Assembly (NCBI GenBank): GCA_951828235.1
Contig: OX639965.1
Location: forward strand, 2,970,129-3,034,128
Length of the DNA stretch: 64,000 nucleotides
Origin: an uncultured Gammaproteobacteria bacterium
GTDB lineage: Bacteria > Pseudomonadota > Gammaproteobacteria > Steroidobacterales > Foliamicaceae
Direction of reading: 5' to 3'
A program made the translations under genes and the position numbers. Below the pieces are notes generated by a model, which saw only the letters and a program-made list of their open reading frames with translations, searched no databases and was not told the origin of the DNA. Of this stretch, positions 9,928-20,485 are shown piece after piece; position 1 is the first letter of the stretch; the number at the start of each line of letters is the position of its first letter.

Positions 9928-10139
9928 TCCTCCCCCGTCGGCGTCATAGCGCCGCCCGGAGACGGCAGATACAAGCGAGGATCCACGATATCGCCACGCG
10001 CGCTTGCCGTCGCCAGAACAGTAACCGCGAGAAGTCCGGACAGCTCTTTCATTCTTGTACCTCTTGAGACGCTACAGCGAGAGTAATTTGACCCTGTACG
10101 TTGGGCGCGTCGGCATGGGCTGCACAGCTGACGGTAACG

Positions 10140-10212
10140 TGGGTCGTGCAGGAATCGAACCTGCGACCTACTGGTTAAAAGCCAGCTGCTCTACCAACTG
10201 AGCTAACGACCC
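10140..10212 (-). tRNA. tRNA-Lys (anticodon UUU)
   Basis: Reverse complement GGGTCGTTAGCTCAGTTGGTAGAGCAGCTGGCTTTTAACCAGTAGGTCGCAGGTTCGATTCCTGCACGACCCA is a cloverleaf nearly identical to the E. coli-type tRNA-Lys(UUU). 3' CCA is not encoded. Confidence 0.95.
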
Positions 10213-10246
10213 GTGGGCGGCAATTGTAGCCGTGAAGATTCGAGGA

Positions 10247-11041
10247 CTACGTAGGGTCTTGCTGCAGGTATGGCAAGGCTTCGCGCCAGGCCCCGACCTC
10301 GGGGGTGACGACATTGATGACGGTGAAGGTCTTGTTGATCGCGTTTTCTCCAACGGCGCACTCGGCCAGGACCGAGGCGCTGTCCTCACGACAGACCATG
10401 TAGGGCCCGCCAGGCGGGATGGGATCCATTTGCAGGAGCAGGATGCCGTACTCGCCCCCTGGCCGATCCGAGAGACCGGGTGTGCGCGAGATGGTGTAGT
10501 GAATTCCGGATGCGCGCAGCGCAGCCTCGCCTTTCGCCTTGGCGTCCATCGAGGGACGGAGGCGTTCGGGAAATTCGCCGTCGAGCAGACGGCCGGCGGA
10601 CGAGAGCAGGACGAAGCGTTTTACGCCTGCCTGCCGGGCCACAGCCGCCGTATCGGCAACACCCGTGTGATACACGTCGTAGAGGGCGCCGACTTCGACT
10701 CGAGTGTAGGTCACGCCCACCGCGTACACCAGCGCATCCACGTCCTCGAGCGCCGGGCGTAGCGTTTCCGGTTTGCGCACATCGGCGCTGATCCAGGTCG
10801 CGCCGTCTCGCGGGGGCTGCTGGCCGGCGCTCCTGGAAATACCGCGCACCGAATGCCCGCGCGCAAGGAGATCTTCGACAACAAACCTGCCGGTGCGACC
10901 GGTCGCGCCCAATACCGCAATAGTGAGCGGGTTCTCGTCCGCGGCGCGCGCCAGGTCGGCCCCGCTGGAGAATCGGGCGCCCAGGAATCCGGACGTACCC
11001 AAGGCGAGGCCGTTCATGATGAGAGTCCGGCGTGTGGTCAT
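10247..11041 (-). CDS. NAD(P)-binding (atypical SDR / NmrA-like) protein with Tat-type signal
   Basis: Start taken at MTTRRTLIMNGLALG... (ATG 11041). Rossmann motif IAVLGATGRTGRFV. The listed 488-aa ORF upstream of this Met is an out-of-frame read across cpoB. Confidence 0.75.
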   Translation of the reverse strand: MTTRRTLIMNGLALGTSGFLGARFSSGADLARAADENPLTIAVLGATGRTGRFVVEDLLARGHSVRGISRSAGQQPPRDGATWISADVRKPETLRPALEDVDALVYAVGVTYTRVEVGALYDVYHTGVADTAAVARQAGVKRFVLLSSAGRLLDGEFPERLRPSMDAKAKGEAALRASGIHYTISRTPGLSDRPGGEYGILLLQMDPIPPGGPYMVCREDSASVLAECAVGENAINKTFTVINVVTPEVGAWREALPYLQQDPT

Positions 11042-11060
11042 GGCAGTCGCGCTTGAGGTG

Positions 11061-11894
11061 TTACCGGGAGCGGGCTTCAATCTGGGCCAGGCGGATGGTC
11101 GCGAGGTTCGCGGCGTCGGCGCCGGCGAAGTCCTGGCGGACGCGCTGCAACGTTCCGGTGGCAGCCTCCTTATCGCCCAGTTCATCCTGCGTGTATCCCA
11201 GCTTGAGCAGCGCGTCCGGGAGCTTGTTGGAATCGGGGTGGTCGGAAACGACCTGGGCGAACTCCGCGCCCGCTTCCTGGTACTGGCCTTGCACGTAGTA
11301 GGTCTCGCCCAGCCAGTAGCGGGCGTTGGCCGCCAGTCCCCCGCCGGGGTTAGCCTCCAGATAGCGCAGGAATTCGGCCCCGGCCGCCTGGTATTGGCCC
11401 TGGCTGAGCAGTTCGCGGGCCTGCTCGTAGTTCTCTTGACTTCCGGCTTCAATTGCAGACTCTCCGCCTTCGCCCGGCTGCGCGCCGGGAATCGGGCCCT
11501 GGGATGCGTCTGCAGCATCCGCTGTTCCCGGGGCCTGTCCCGCCGCATCCTCTGGTCCCGCCGGTGCGGGGGTGAATCCGCCGGCTTCAAGCACGGCCAG
11601 GCGCTCCTCCAGCACCGCAAACTGGCTGCGCCGCAACTCGGCGTTGCGCCGCAGGTCCTCATCGAGGCGCTCGACCGCATCGCGCAGCGCCTGGATCTCG
11701 CGCCTAAGTTCATCCTGTGCGTTGATCAGCGCCACGACGTTGTCGGCCCGGATCTGCTGCTCCAGCACGCCTACGCGGATCTCCAGTTCCTCAAGAACCT
11801 CGCGGTCGCGGCGGCGTTGCGCATCGGCCGGCGCCGCCAGCACGGCGGCAAGCGCCAGCGCTACCGCCATGACCGGCCAGCTAGTTCGTTTCAT
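11061..11894 (-). CDS. cpoB: Tol-Pal system protein CpoB/YbgF (cell-division coordinator)
   Basis: 277 aa. Signal peptide, N-terminal coiled coil and C-terminal TPR region (ARYWLGETYYVQGQYQEA...LLKLGY). Positioned downstream of pal. Confidence 0.85.
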   Translation of the reverse strand: MKRTSWPVMAVALALAAVLAAPADAQRRRDREVLEELEIRVGVLEQQIRADNVVALINAQDELRREIQALRDAVERLDEDLRRNAELRRSQFAVLEERLAVLEAGGFTPAPAGPEDAAGQAPGTADAADASQGPIPGAQPGEGGESAIEAGSQENYEQARELLSQGQYQAAGAEFLRYLEANPGGGLAANARYWLGETYYVQGQYQEAGAEFAQVVSDHPDSNKLPDALLKLGYTQDELGDKEAATGTLQRVRQDFAGADAANLATIRLAQIEARSR

Positions 11895-12480
11895 ATACCA
11901 ACTCCACGCGGCGATTCTTCGACCATGCTATCTCGTCGGCTCCCTCCGCGGCAGGGCGTTCCTCGCCGAAACTCACCGCGTTCAATTGTGCACTGCCCGC
12001 GCCCAGTGCGGTCAGCGCCTGGGCCACCGCGTCTGCCCGGCGCGATCCCAGCGCCAGGTTGTATTCGGGCGTTCCGCGTTCGTCGGCGTGACCCTGGAGC
12101 AATACGGCCTGGCCCTGGTTGGCCGCCAGCCAGGCGCCATGAGCCTGGAGTATCTCGCCGTATTCCGCGCGGATCGAGCTGCGGTCATAGTCGAAATAGA
12201 TCACCAGCGTGCCCTCGGGCCCGCCGATCCAGTCGCCGGTCGCGCTCCGCCCCGGTTCAACTGCAGCCTGGGGACCCTCGCGGTTGATCATCGTGCCGCT
12301 GGCGGTGGCGCCGGATCCCGTTCCGGCCGCGGTGGCCCCGCCGGCGGCTGTTCCGGCAGCGACGCCCGCTGGGTCCGCGCCCGGCTCAGGCCGCGCCGCG
12401 GTGCCGGAGGTCTCGCAGGCGGCCAGCGCGACGGCCATCAGGATGGGGAGACAGGCTTTGGTGTTTCTCAGGAGTTTCAT
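11881..12480 (-). CDS. pal: Peptidoglycan-associated lipoprotein Pal (OmpA-like)
   Basis: 199 aa. Lipobox LAAC. OmpA-C motifs YFDYDRSSI, LQGHADERGTPEYNLALGSRRA, NRRVELVY. Confidence 0.9.
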   Translation of the reverse strand: MKLLRNTKACLPILMAVALAACETSGTAARPEPGADPAGVAAGTAAGGATAAGTGSGATASGTMINREGPQAAVEPGRSATGDWIGGPEGTLVIYFDYDRSSIRAEYGEILQAHGAWLAANQGQAVLLQGHADERGTPEYNLALGSRRADAVAQALTALGAGSAQLNAVSFGEERPAAEGADEIAWSKNRRVELVYETN

Positions 12481-13862
12481 GGCGTTGGTCCTTGCAGATT
12501 TGGTTGTGTTTCATGCGGGCCCCAGGCGGGCTCGCGCAGGATTCCCTCAGGCGCTCGCAGCAGGCGCAGAATGCCGCTGTCGATGAAATAAACGCCCAGT
12601 CCCCTGCCGGCGGCCGTGCCCGCGCCGAATATCAGGGCGCGGCCGTTTGGGGCGAAGCTGGGCGATTCGTCCAGCGGGCCGTCGGTGAGCAGGCGCAGCG
12701 ACTCGTCGCGCAGATCCAGAAGGCCGATCCGGAAACGGCCGTCCTGCTGGTGCACGATCGCCATCTGGTTACCCTCCGGCTGCAGCCGCGGCCGGGCGTT
12801 GTAGGACCCGGTAAAGCTAACCCTTTGCGCCCTGCCCCCCTGAACCGGCACGCCATATACCTGCGGGCCGATCCCGCGGTCCGAGGTGAAGTACACCCGG
12901 TCGCCGTCAGCGGAGAACTCCGGTTCGGTCTCGGTGGCCGGATGGCGCGTCAGGCGCCGCGGCGAGCCTCCGTCAACCGAATAGACGTAGATGTCGCTGT
13001 TGCTGTCGACGTTGCGCGCTACCGCCAGCAGCTTGCCGTCCGGCGACCAGGCCGGGGCGCTGCTCGTGGCCCGCTCCGGCGACAGCGGCCGGCGACTGCC
13101 GGTCACCACCTCCTGCACGAAGACTTCGGCATAGCCGGCTTCGAACGACACGTAGGCGAGGTAGGCGCCGTCCGGCGACCAGCTCGGCGACATGATGGGC
13201 TCCGCCGAGCGCAGCACGACAATCGGGTTCTGACCGTCGGCGTCCGCCACGATCAGCCGGAACTCCTCGCGGCCCGGCGTCACCTGCACATAGGCCAGAC
13301 GGGTGGAGAACATGCCCCGGGCGCCGGTCAGTTGCTCGTAAACCAGGTCCGCGATCCGGTGGGCCGTGGCCCGGAAGGCGTCGCGGGTGCTCTGCAGGCG
13401 ATACACAAGAAGGGACTTGCCCGCGTAGACGTCCACCAGCTCGAACTCAATGGCCGGGTTCGCTTCGCTGCCGGACACATGGCCCACGAGCACGGCCTCC
13501 ACATCCATGATGCGCCAGTTGTCGAGCCGCATTTCGCTGAAACGGGTCGGCCGGGTGATCATCGTCTCGCGGCCCATGGGCGCAAACTGCCCGGTGCGCT
13601 CGAGATCCGCCTCGACGATCCGGGCAAAGTCATACGGCAGACCCAGCGTGACGCGCCACTCGAAGGGCACGACAGCGATGGGTATTGCCCGCTGGGTGGA
13701 TCGGGTGATGACGATGTCAAGCTGGGCGGAAGCTGCCAGCGGGAGGAGCGCGAGGACGGCGAGGCAAAGCGCCCGGGAGCGAGGACGTCTCGTCCTCGCG
13801 GAGGGCGGGTACACCCTACTTCCCAGCGACGCCATTTCCCCCGGGAGTTTGAAGAGTTTCAT
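12477..13862 (-). CDS. tolB: Tol-Pal system beta-propeller protein TolB
   Basis: 461 aa (start may be later). Repeated SPxWSPDG propeller motifs (SPSWSPDGAYLAY, APAWSPDGKLLA). 4-nt overlap with pal. Confidence 0.9.
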   Translation of the reverse strand: MKLFKLPGEMASLGSRVYPPSARTRRPRSRALCLAVLALLPLAASAQLDIVITRSTQRAIPIAVVPFEWRVTLGLPYDFARIVEADLERTGQFAPMGRETMITRPTRFSEMRLDNWRIMDVEAVLVGHVSGSEANPAIEFELVDVYAGKSLLVYRLQSTRDAFRATAHRIADLVYEQLTGARGMFSTRLAYVQVTPGREEFRLIVADADGQNPIVVLRSAEPIMSPSWSPDGAYLAYVSFEAGYAEVFVQEVVTGSRRPLSPERATSSAPAWSPDGKLLAVARNVDSNSDIYVYSVDGGSPRRLTRHPATETEPEFSADGDRVYFTSDRGIGPQVYGVPVQGGRAQRVSFTGSYNARPRLQPEGNQMAIVHQQDGRFRIGLLDLRDESLRLLTDGPLDESPSFAPNGRALIFGAGTAAGRGLGVYFIDSGILRLLRAPEGILREPAWGPHETQPNLQGPTP

Positions 13863-14877
13863 CAGCCGGCCTCCGGAGGCGGGTAGCGCAGCCGCAATTG
13901 CCGCTCGAACAGTTCCGGCACCGGTGGAGCCGGCAAGGGTGAGGACCTGCGAATTGCGGTTTCGATCGAGCGCTGATCAATGACCGTGCCGTTGAATTGC
14001 TCGAATCTGATTTCGGCAACCTCGTTGCCGGGCAGAATGTCCAGCAAGACCACCCACATCAGGTCATCCCCGCTGCCGGCCGGCCGCTGCCAGTTGCTCT
14101 CGATCCTCTGCCGGATGCGGGCCTTGTACTCGTCGAGCAGACCGGATTCGATCGCTTCGCGCCGCCGCTCTTCCTCCATTTCCTGGCGCATGCGTTCCGC
14201 CAGCTCGGCCTCGCGCTTCCTGCGCTCGGTCTCTTCCAACTGGCGCTGCGCCGCCTGGGCCTCCTCGGCCAGCCTGCGGGTCTCTTCCTCGGCCCGCAGC
14301 CGTTCGGCTTCCGCCCGTTGCCGCTCAGCCGCGGCCGCCCTGGCCCTTTCCTCTTCTTCCTGGCGCTCCCGCTCAATCCGTTCAAGACGCTCGGCCTCTT
14401 CCTGTTGCCGCTGCTGCATTTCGCTGAGCTGGCGGCTGGCCCGGGTCTGCTGCTCGCTCAAGTCGCGCCGGGCCTGTTCGGTCTGCGAACTCAGGGCGCT
14501 CAGTTCCTGTTCCTGGCGGACCTGGCGCTGCTCCTGCTCCTCGATCTGCCTGCGAAGGCGCTCGACTTCCTGTTCACGCTCGATGACCGCCGCCCGCTCC
14601 AGTTCGTCCAAACGCCGAATCTCTTCCTGGACGGCCTCGTCGTCCAGCACGATGCCGTCGATGGCAATGGTGCCGAAGGCCGGCTCGCCCGGCTCGATGC
14701 GCCCGGCAAAACCGATCAGCATGAACGCCACCACCGCAACATGCCCCACGACCGAATACGTGCAGGGCCGCAGCATGGGCAGCGGGGGCGCGTTCGGGTT
14801 GGCGCCGGGCGTGCGCGCAACGGGGCCCGTTCGCAGGTACTCGATCGCACGCTCAATCGGCGCCTTGAGGCGGTCCA

Positions 14878-14881
<4 letters not shown>
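13862..14881 (-). CDS. tolA: Tol-Pal system protein TolA
   Basis: 339 aa. N-terminal TM helix, a long Glu/Arg/Ala/Gln-rich helical domain II and a small C-terminal domain. Lies between tolR and tolB. Confidence 0.8.
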
Positions 14882-15303
<422 letters not shown>

Positions 15304-15313
15304 AAGATCCGTC

Positions 15314-16018
15314 CTATTCCACCAGCTCGAGATCGGAGTGGGCGTGCTCGCTCAACAGCGTCACGCACTCTTCCCGGTAGGCCTGGTAGCGGATTTCCAG
15401 GTTTCCGACGCGGTAGGCATAGCGGTTGTACGCGATGACCGCGGGAATCGCGGCGAACAGGCCCATGGCGGTTGCGATCAGCGCCTCGGCGATGCCCGGC
15501 GCCACCAGCGAGAGCGTAGCCGAATCGACGTTGCCCAGCGCCCGGAAGGAATTCATGATCCCCCACACGGTCCCGAACAGCCCTACGTACGGGCTGACCG
15601 AACCGATCGTGGCCAGCCAGGGAAGGCCGCGCTCCAGGCGTTCGAGTTCGTTCATTTGCGCCAGGCGCATCTCCCGGCGGCCGACTTCAACCAGGCGCTC
15701 GGGGTCGGATTTGCCGCGCGCGGCCTGGCGATGGAACTCGCGCATTCCGGCCTCGAACACCCAGGCCATGCCGGTGGTGCTGCGGCTCTTGTTGCGCGAC
15801 AGCGCGACGAACAGGGATTCCAGGCTGTCGCGTTGCTTGAACGCCTGCTCGAAATCGCCCAGGTCGCGCTCGGCCCCTCCTAGGATCACCCGCCGTTGCA
15901 GGATGATGACCCAGGACAGTATGGACGCTGCAAGCAGCAGGGCCATGATCATTTGCACCAGCAGCGTGGCCTGGCTGATCAGGTCCCAGAAACCCATGTC
16001 AACGCTTACTTCACCCAC
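15314..16018 (-). CDS. tolQ: Tol-Pal system protein TolQ (MotA/TolQ/ExbB proton channel)
   Basis: 234 aa. Three TM helices and the conserved SPYVGLFGTVWGIM and IAEALIATAMGL motifs. Confidence 0.9.
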   Translation of the reverse strand: MGEVSVDMGFWDLISQATLLVQMIMALLLAASILSWVIILQRRVILGGAERDLGDFEQAFKQRDSLESLFVALSRNKSRSTTGMAWVFEAGMREFHRQAARGKSDPERLVEVGRREMRLAQMNELERLERGLPWLATIGSVSPYVGLFGTVWGIMNSFRALGNVDSATLSLVAPGIAEALIATAMGLFAAIPAVIAYNRYAYRVGNLEIRYQAYREECVTLLSEHAHSDLELVE

Positions 16019-16050
16019 ATTCGCGCCTCGCCTGTTGCATCACCTGCTCC

Positions 16051-17112
16051 TCAAATATCCAATCCTTCCAGCGGCGGATTATCGCCCTGTTTTCCGGGCC
16101 TCCTGAGACCCAGGGCCGAGTAGGCGGCGGGGCCCGCCACACGGCCGCGCGGTGTGCGCAGAACATAGCCGGCGCGCACCAGGAACGGCTCGTAGACGTC
16201 CTCGATCGTACCCCGGTCCTCCCCGATTCCCGCGGCCAGCGCCTCGACGCCGGCGGGCCCCCCGTCGAAGCGCTCGATCAGCACGCCCAGAAGCCGCCGA
16301 TCCATACGGTCGAGGCCATTGGCATGCACGTTGTACAGCTCCATGGCCGCGGCGGCGGTCTTGCCGCTTACCTTGCCGTCGGCGCGCACCTCCGCGTAAT
16401 CGCGGGCCCGCCTCAGCAAGCGGTTGGCCACCCGGGGCGTACCCCGCGCGCGGCCGGCGATCTCCGACGCTCCCCTGGGCGTGCAGGGGATGTCCATGAT
16501 TCCCGCCGACCGCTGCACGATGCGTTGCAGCTCGTCCCTGGAGTAAAGCTCCAGCCGCTCCTGTATGCCGAAGCGGTCGCGCAGCGGCGATGACAGCAGG
16601 CCAGCCCGTGTAGTCGCTCCCACAAGAGTAAAGGGCTTGAGTTTCAGCCGCATGGTATGCGCGGCGGGCCCCTCGCCGATCACGATGTCGAGACGGAAAT
16701 CCTCCATGGCCGGATACAGCAGCTCCTGCACCACCGGGTTCAGCCGATGGACCTCGTCCACAAACAGCACGTCCCGGGCCTTGAGGTTGGTGAGCAGCGC
16801 GGCGAGGTCGCCCGGGCGTTCCAGGACCGGTCCCGAGGTATGCCGCAGACCCACGCCCAGTTCGCGCGCGATCACCTGCGCCAGGGTGGTCTTGCCGAGG
16901 CCCGGCGGACCATACAGCAACGTGTGGTCCATGGCCTCGCCACGCTTGCCTGCCGCTGTCACGCTGATCTCGACGCGTTCCTTGACTTGGCGCTGGCCAA
17001 GAAACTCGGACATCTGCCGTGGACGGACCGAATTTTCCACCTCGCGCTCGTCCGACCGAAGCTCCCCCGAAAGGATGCGCTCGTCCTTAGTGCGGTCGTC
17101 CTTTTCGTTCAC
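16051..17112 (-). CDS. ruvB: Holliday junction branch migration ATPase RuvB
   Basis: 353 aa. Walker [16 protein letters not shown], and the arginine finger region. Confidence 0.95.
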   Translation of the reverse strand: MNEKDDRTKDERILSGELRSDEREVENSVRPRQMSEFLGQRQVKERVEISVTAAGKRGEAMDHTLLYGPPGLGKTTLAQVIARELGVGLRHTSGPVLERPGDLAALLTNLKARDVLFVDEVHRLNPVVQELLYPAMEDFRLDIVIGEGPAAHTMRLKLKPFTLVGATTRAGLLSSPLRDRFGIQERLELYSRDELQRIVQRSAGIMDIPCTPRGASEIAGRARGTPRVANRLLRRARDYAEVRADGKVSGKTAAAAMELYNVHANGLDRMDRRLLGVLIERFDGGPAGVEALAAGIGEDRGTIEDVYEPFLVRAGYVLRTPRGRVAGPAAYSALGLRRPGKQGDNPPLEGLDI

Positions 17113-17684
17113 GACGCGCCGACGCCTCCCGAAAGCGCCTCGCGCACCAGTTCCTCAACGTCGCGACCGCCGGGATCACCGACCTGCTTGAGCATGCGCC
17201 CGGCTTCCACGGGCGAATAGCCCAACCCCGTAAGGGCCTTGAGCGCCAGGCTGGCGGCGCTGGACTCGCCATGCACCGGAACCGTTTCCAGCCGGCCCCG
17301 CATCTCGACGATGAGGCGGCTGGCGGTCTTGGGACCGATGCCCGGCAGGCGCGTCAGGGCCTTGACGTCGCCGGCCTGGATCTGTTCCGCGAATTCGGCC
17401 ACGCCGCTTTGCGACACGATATTTAGCGCCAGCTTGGGGCCGATGCCCGGAACGCGGATGAGTTCGCGGAACCAGGCGCGGTCGGCCGGCTTCCGGAAGC
17501 CGTACAGGCTGAGTTCGTCTTCCCGCTGCACAAGTTGAGTCGAGACCTTGAGGTCCTGCCCCACCGCCGGTAAATCCGACAAATCGCTGAGCGGCAATTG
17601 CAGTTCGAAGCCCACGCCGTGCACGTCCAGAAGGATCATCGGCGGCTCCACCGCCAATAGCCTGCCTCTGAGGGCCCCGATCAT
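17109..17684 (-). CDS. ruvA: Holliday junction DNA helicase subunit RuvA
   Basis: Start at MIGALRGRL (ATG 17684), forming an ATGA overlap with the ruvC stop. HhH motifs [12 protein letters not shown] and [12 protein letters not shown]. The ORF upstream of this Met is read-through. Confidence 0.9.
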   Translation of the reverse strand: MIGALRGRLLAVEPPMILLDVHGVGFELQLPLSDLSDLPAVGQDLKVSTQLVQREDELSLYGFRKPADRAWFRELIRVPGIGPKLALNIVSQSGVAEFAEQIQAGDVKALTRLPGIGPKTASRLIVEMRGRLETVPVHGESSAASLALKALTGLGYSPVEAGRMLKQVGDPGGRDVEELVREALSGGVGAS

Positions 17685-18214
17685 GAAACGGCCTCTTCTT
17701 CCTGGCTCAGGGCAAGCTTCGCCGCCTGCGCCATGCGCCGATGGTGCGCATGGCAGATGCCGAGCGCCAGTCCGTCGGCCTCGTCCTCGGTAAATTCCCC
17801 GTCGTGGTCCAGGAGCCGCGCCACCATCGCGCTCACCTGGTCCTTGCCGGCGGCGCCGTACCCGCACACGGCCTGCTTCACGCGCCGTGGCGAATACTCG
17901 GCCGGTTCGCTCACTCCCGCCATGATCAGCGCGCACAGCGCCGCGCCACGCGCCTGGCCGAGCTTGAGCGCGCTTTGTGCGTTCTTGTTCATGAACACGG
18001 TTTCGATCGCGGCTTCATCGATCCTCTCATTGCGGGCGATATCGCCCAGCTCCGTGAATATCTGCGCCAGCCGTTCCGCCATCGGCTTGCCGCGCGCCAG
18101 GGCGATGCAGCCGCTATCAACGTAGCGGCATTCCATGCCGTCGCTTTCGATGACTCCCCAGCCGGTGAATCGGGAACCGGGATCCACACCCAGGATCCTC
18201 ACCAGAGCCTGCAC
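17681..18214 (-). CDS. ruvC: Crossover junction endodeoxyribonuclease RuvC
   Basis: 177 aa. ILGVDPGSRFTGWGV and the catalytic D/E/D/D pattern of the RuvC family. Confidence 0.95.
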   Translation of the reverse strand: MQALVRILGVDPGSRFTGWGVIESDGMECRYVDSGCIALARGKPMAERLAQIFTELGDIARNERIDEAAIETVFMNKNAQSALKLGQARGAALCALIMAGVSEPAEYSPRRVKQAVCGYGAAGKDQVSAMVARLLDHDGEFTEDEADGLALGICHAHHRRMAQAAKLALSQEEEAVS

Positions 18215-18217
18215 CGC

Positions 18218-18955
18218 TCAGTCCCCCTCCAGGGGCTGCAGTTCGGCGTTGGTCCACACGTCCTGCACGTCATCCAGGTCCTGCAGGTACTCCAGAAGTT
18301 TCAGGGCCTGCTCCGAGCGCTTGTTGTCCAGCGGCGCGTCCATCGACGCGCGCATCGTGACTTCGGCGTTTTCCGGAGGCAGTTCCGCGGCGCGCAGCGC
18401 TTCCAGCACGCCGGTGAAGTCGCGCGGGTCGGCCAGCACCTCGATCGTCCCGTCGTCGTCGCTGACCACATCCTCGGCGCCGCCCTCAATCGCCGCGTCA
18501 ATGATCGCCGCCTCGTTGGAGCCCGGCGAATAGGTGAACACCGCGACCTCGCTGAACAGGTAGGCGACGGCCCCGTCGGCGCCCAGGTTGCCGCCGTGCC
18601 GGCTGAAGCCGTGGCGGACCTCGGCGACAGTGCGGTTGCGGTTGTCGGTCAGGCAGCGCAGCAGGATCGCGGCGCCGCCGGCGCTGTAGCCTTCGTAGGT
18701 GACCTCCTCAAGGTCGGCGCCTTCGCCACCGCTGGCGCCGCGGCTGATCGCCCGATTGATGTTGTCCTTGGGCATGCTCTGGGCCCGCGCCTTCTCGATG
18801 GCGAGCCGGAGCTGGGCGTTATTAACGGGGTCCGGTCCGCCCATGCGCGCGGCTACGGTGATTTCGCGCGCCAGGCGTGTAAAGAGTCGACCGCGTTTGG
18901 CGTCCTGCCGGCTCTTGCGGTGCTGGATGTTGGCCCACTTTGAGTGCCCCGCCAT
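18218..18955 (-). CDS. yebC: YebC/PmpR-family DNA-binding transcriptional regulator
   Basis: 245 aa. MAGHSKWANIQHRK... N-terminus is diagnostic of the YebC/TACO1 family. Conserved position upstream of ruvC. Confidence 0.9.
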   Translation of the reverse strand: MAGHSKWANIQHRKSRQDAKRGRLFTRLAREITVAARMGGPDPVNNAQLRLAIEKARAQSMPKDNINRAISRGASGGEGADLEEVTYEGYSAGGAAILLRCLTDNRNRTVAEVRHGFSRHGGNLGADGAVAYLFSEVAVFTYSPGSNEAAIIDAAIEGGAEDVVSDDDGTIEVLADPRDFTGVLEALRAAELPPENAEVTMRASMDAPLDNKRSEQALKLLEYLQDLDDVQDVWTNAELQPLEGD

Positions 18956-19039
18956 GGGACCCCCATGATACCAGCCCGGGGGTGAAGGCGGGACGGTCCC
19001 GGTCCCGGCTCTTGAGGGCGGGACGCCCTCGGTCCCGGC

Positions 19040-20467
19040 TTAGCGGTTTATTGCGTGGATGGCGCGCTTGTCGACGGAGAGGGCCGCTTCGTGCAGAGCC
19101 TCGCAAAGTGTCGGATGCCCATGCACGGTGCGCTGCAGGTCCTCGGTGCTGGCCTCGAACTCCATGGCCAGCACGGCTTCCTGTATCAGTTCGCCGGCCA
19201 TGGGGCCGACGATGTGCACGCCCAGGATCGCGTCGCTGTCGGGGTCCGACAGAAATTTCGCCAGACCCGCGTCCTGCGCCATGGCCTTGGCCCGGCCGTT
19301 GGCCGCCATGTTGAATGCCCCCACCTTGTAGGCCTGTCCGGATTGCTGCAATTCTTCCTCGGTCTGCCCCACCCAGGCGATTTCCGGAGAGGTGTAGATC
19401 ACCGAAGGAATCGCGCCGTAATTCACCTCGGCGGAACGCCCGGCAATCATCTCCGCCACCATCATGCCTTCCTCGGACCCCTTGTGCGCCAGCATCGGCC
19501 CGCGCACCAGGTCGCCGATCGCCCAAACGCCGTCGGCGCTGCTGCGGCAGTTCTCGTCCACCTGCACGTGGCCCCTTTCGGTCAGGACGATCCCGGCGCT
19601 TTCGTCGATCAGGCCTTCGGTCGCCGGCGCCCTGCCTACCGCCACCACCAGTCTGTCCACGGTGATGTGATGATCGCCCTCGCGGTCGCTGAACCGCACC
19701 TCCACGTGATCGTCCATGCGCCGGGCGTTTTCGACCTTTGCGCCCAGGCGCGTGTCCAGCCCCTGGCGCTTGAACTGGCGCTGCGCCTCGCGGGCAACCT
19801 GGCTGTCGGCCATGAACAAAAAGCGGTCCATCGCCTCCAGGATCGTGACTTCGGAGCCCAGCCGATTCCAGACGCTGCCAAGCTCCAGGCCGATGACGCC
19901 GCCGCCGATTACGCCCAGGCGTTGCGGCGGCCGGTCGAACTCCAGGGCGCCTTCAGAATCCACGATGTATTCGCCGTCGAACCGCGCGATCGGCAACTCC
20001 ACCGGCCGCGAGCCGGCGGCCAGGACGACGTGCCCGGCATGCAGCAGGTGAGGATCGCCGTCGTGCGAAGCGACTTCCACCTGCCGACCGGCCAGCAGTT
20101 TGCCGCGGCCGCTCACGGGCGTCACCCCGTTGGCGCGAAACAATGCGTTGATTCCCGTGGTCAGCTGGCGGACGATGCGGTTCTTGCGGCCCTGCATGGC
20201 CGTGAGGTCCAGCTTCACTTCCGGGATCATGATGCCGTGGCCTGCAAACTCTTCGCGGGTCCGGTGATACAGCTCCGACGACTCCAGGAGGACCTTGGAA
20301 GGAATACAGCCGGCATTGAGACAGGTGCCGCCCAGCGCCGGCTTGCCCTTGTCGTCGCGCCAGTCATCCACGCAGGCCACGGACATGCCCAGCTGCGCGG
20401 CACGAATCGCTCCGACGTAGCCGGCGGGCCCACCACCGACTACAACTACATCATATTTATCAGACAT
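19040..20467 (-). CDS. lpdA: Dihydrolipoyl dehydrogenase (E3)
   Basis: 475 aa. GGGPAGY FAD motif, redox-active GGTCLNAGCIPSK, C-terminal HAHPT-like HGHPT. Confidence 0.9.
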   Translation of the reverse strand: MSDKYDVVVVGGGPAGYVGAIRAAQLGMSVACVDDWRDDKGKPALGGTCLNAGCIPSKVLLESSELYHRTREEFAGHGIMIPEVKLDLTAMQGRKNRIVRQLTTGINALFRANGVTPVSGRGKLLAGRQVEVASHDGDPHLLHAGHVVLAAGSRPVELPIARFDGEYIVDSEGALEFDRPPQRLGVIGGGVIGLELGSVWNRLGSEVTILEAMDRFLFMADSQVAREAQRQFKRQGLDTRLGAKVENARRMDDHVEVRFSDREGDHHITVDRLVVAVGRAPATEGLIDESAGIVLTERGHVQVDENCRSSADGVWAIGDLVRGPMLAHKGSEEGMMVAEMIAGRSAEVNYGAIPSVIYTSPEIAWVGQTEEELQQSGQAYKVGAFNMAANGRAKAMAQDAGLAKFLSDPDSDAILGVHIVGPMAGELIQEAVLAMEFEASTEDLQRTVHGHPTLCEALHEAALSVDKRAIHAINR

Positions 20468-20485
20468 ATAAAAAGACTTTCTAAC

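Noticed and set aside
10247-11713. 488-aa minus-strand ORF suggesting a large fusion protein.
   Set aside because: Only the C-terminal 264 aa (from MTTRRTLIM at 11041) look like a real NAD(P)-binding protein. The upstream part overlaps cpoB in another frame and is Arg/Pro/Ser-rich nonsense.
16018-16051. Absence of ybgC upstream of tolQ, and the direct ruvB-tolQ adjacency, considered as a possible deletion scar.
   Set aside because: The tol-pal genes are intact and translationally coupled. ybgC is not universally linked to tolQ, so this is ordinary synteny variation.
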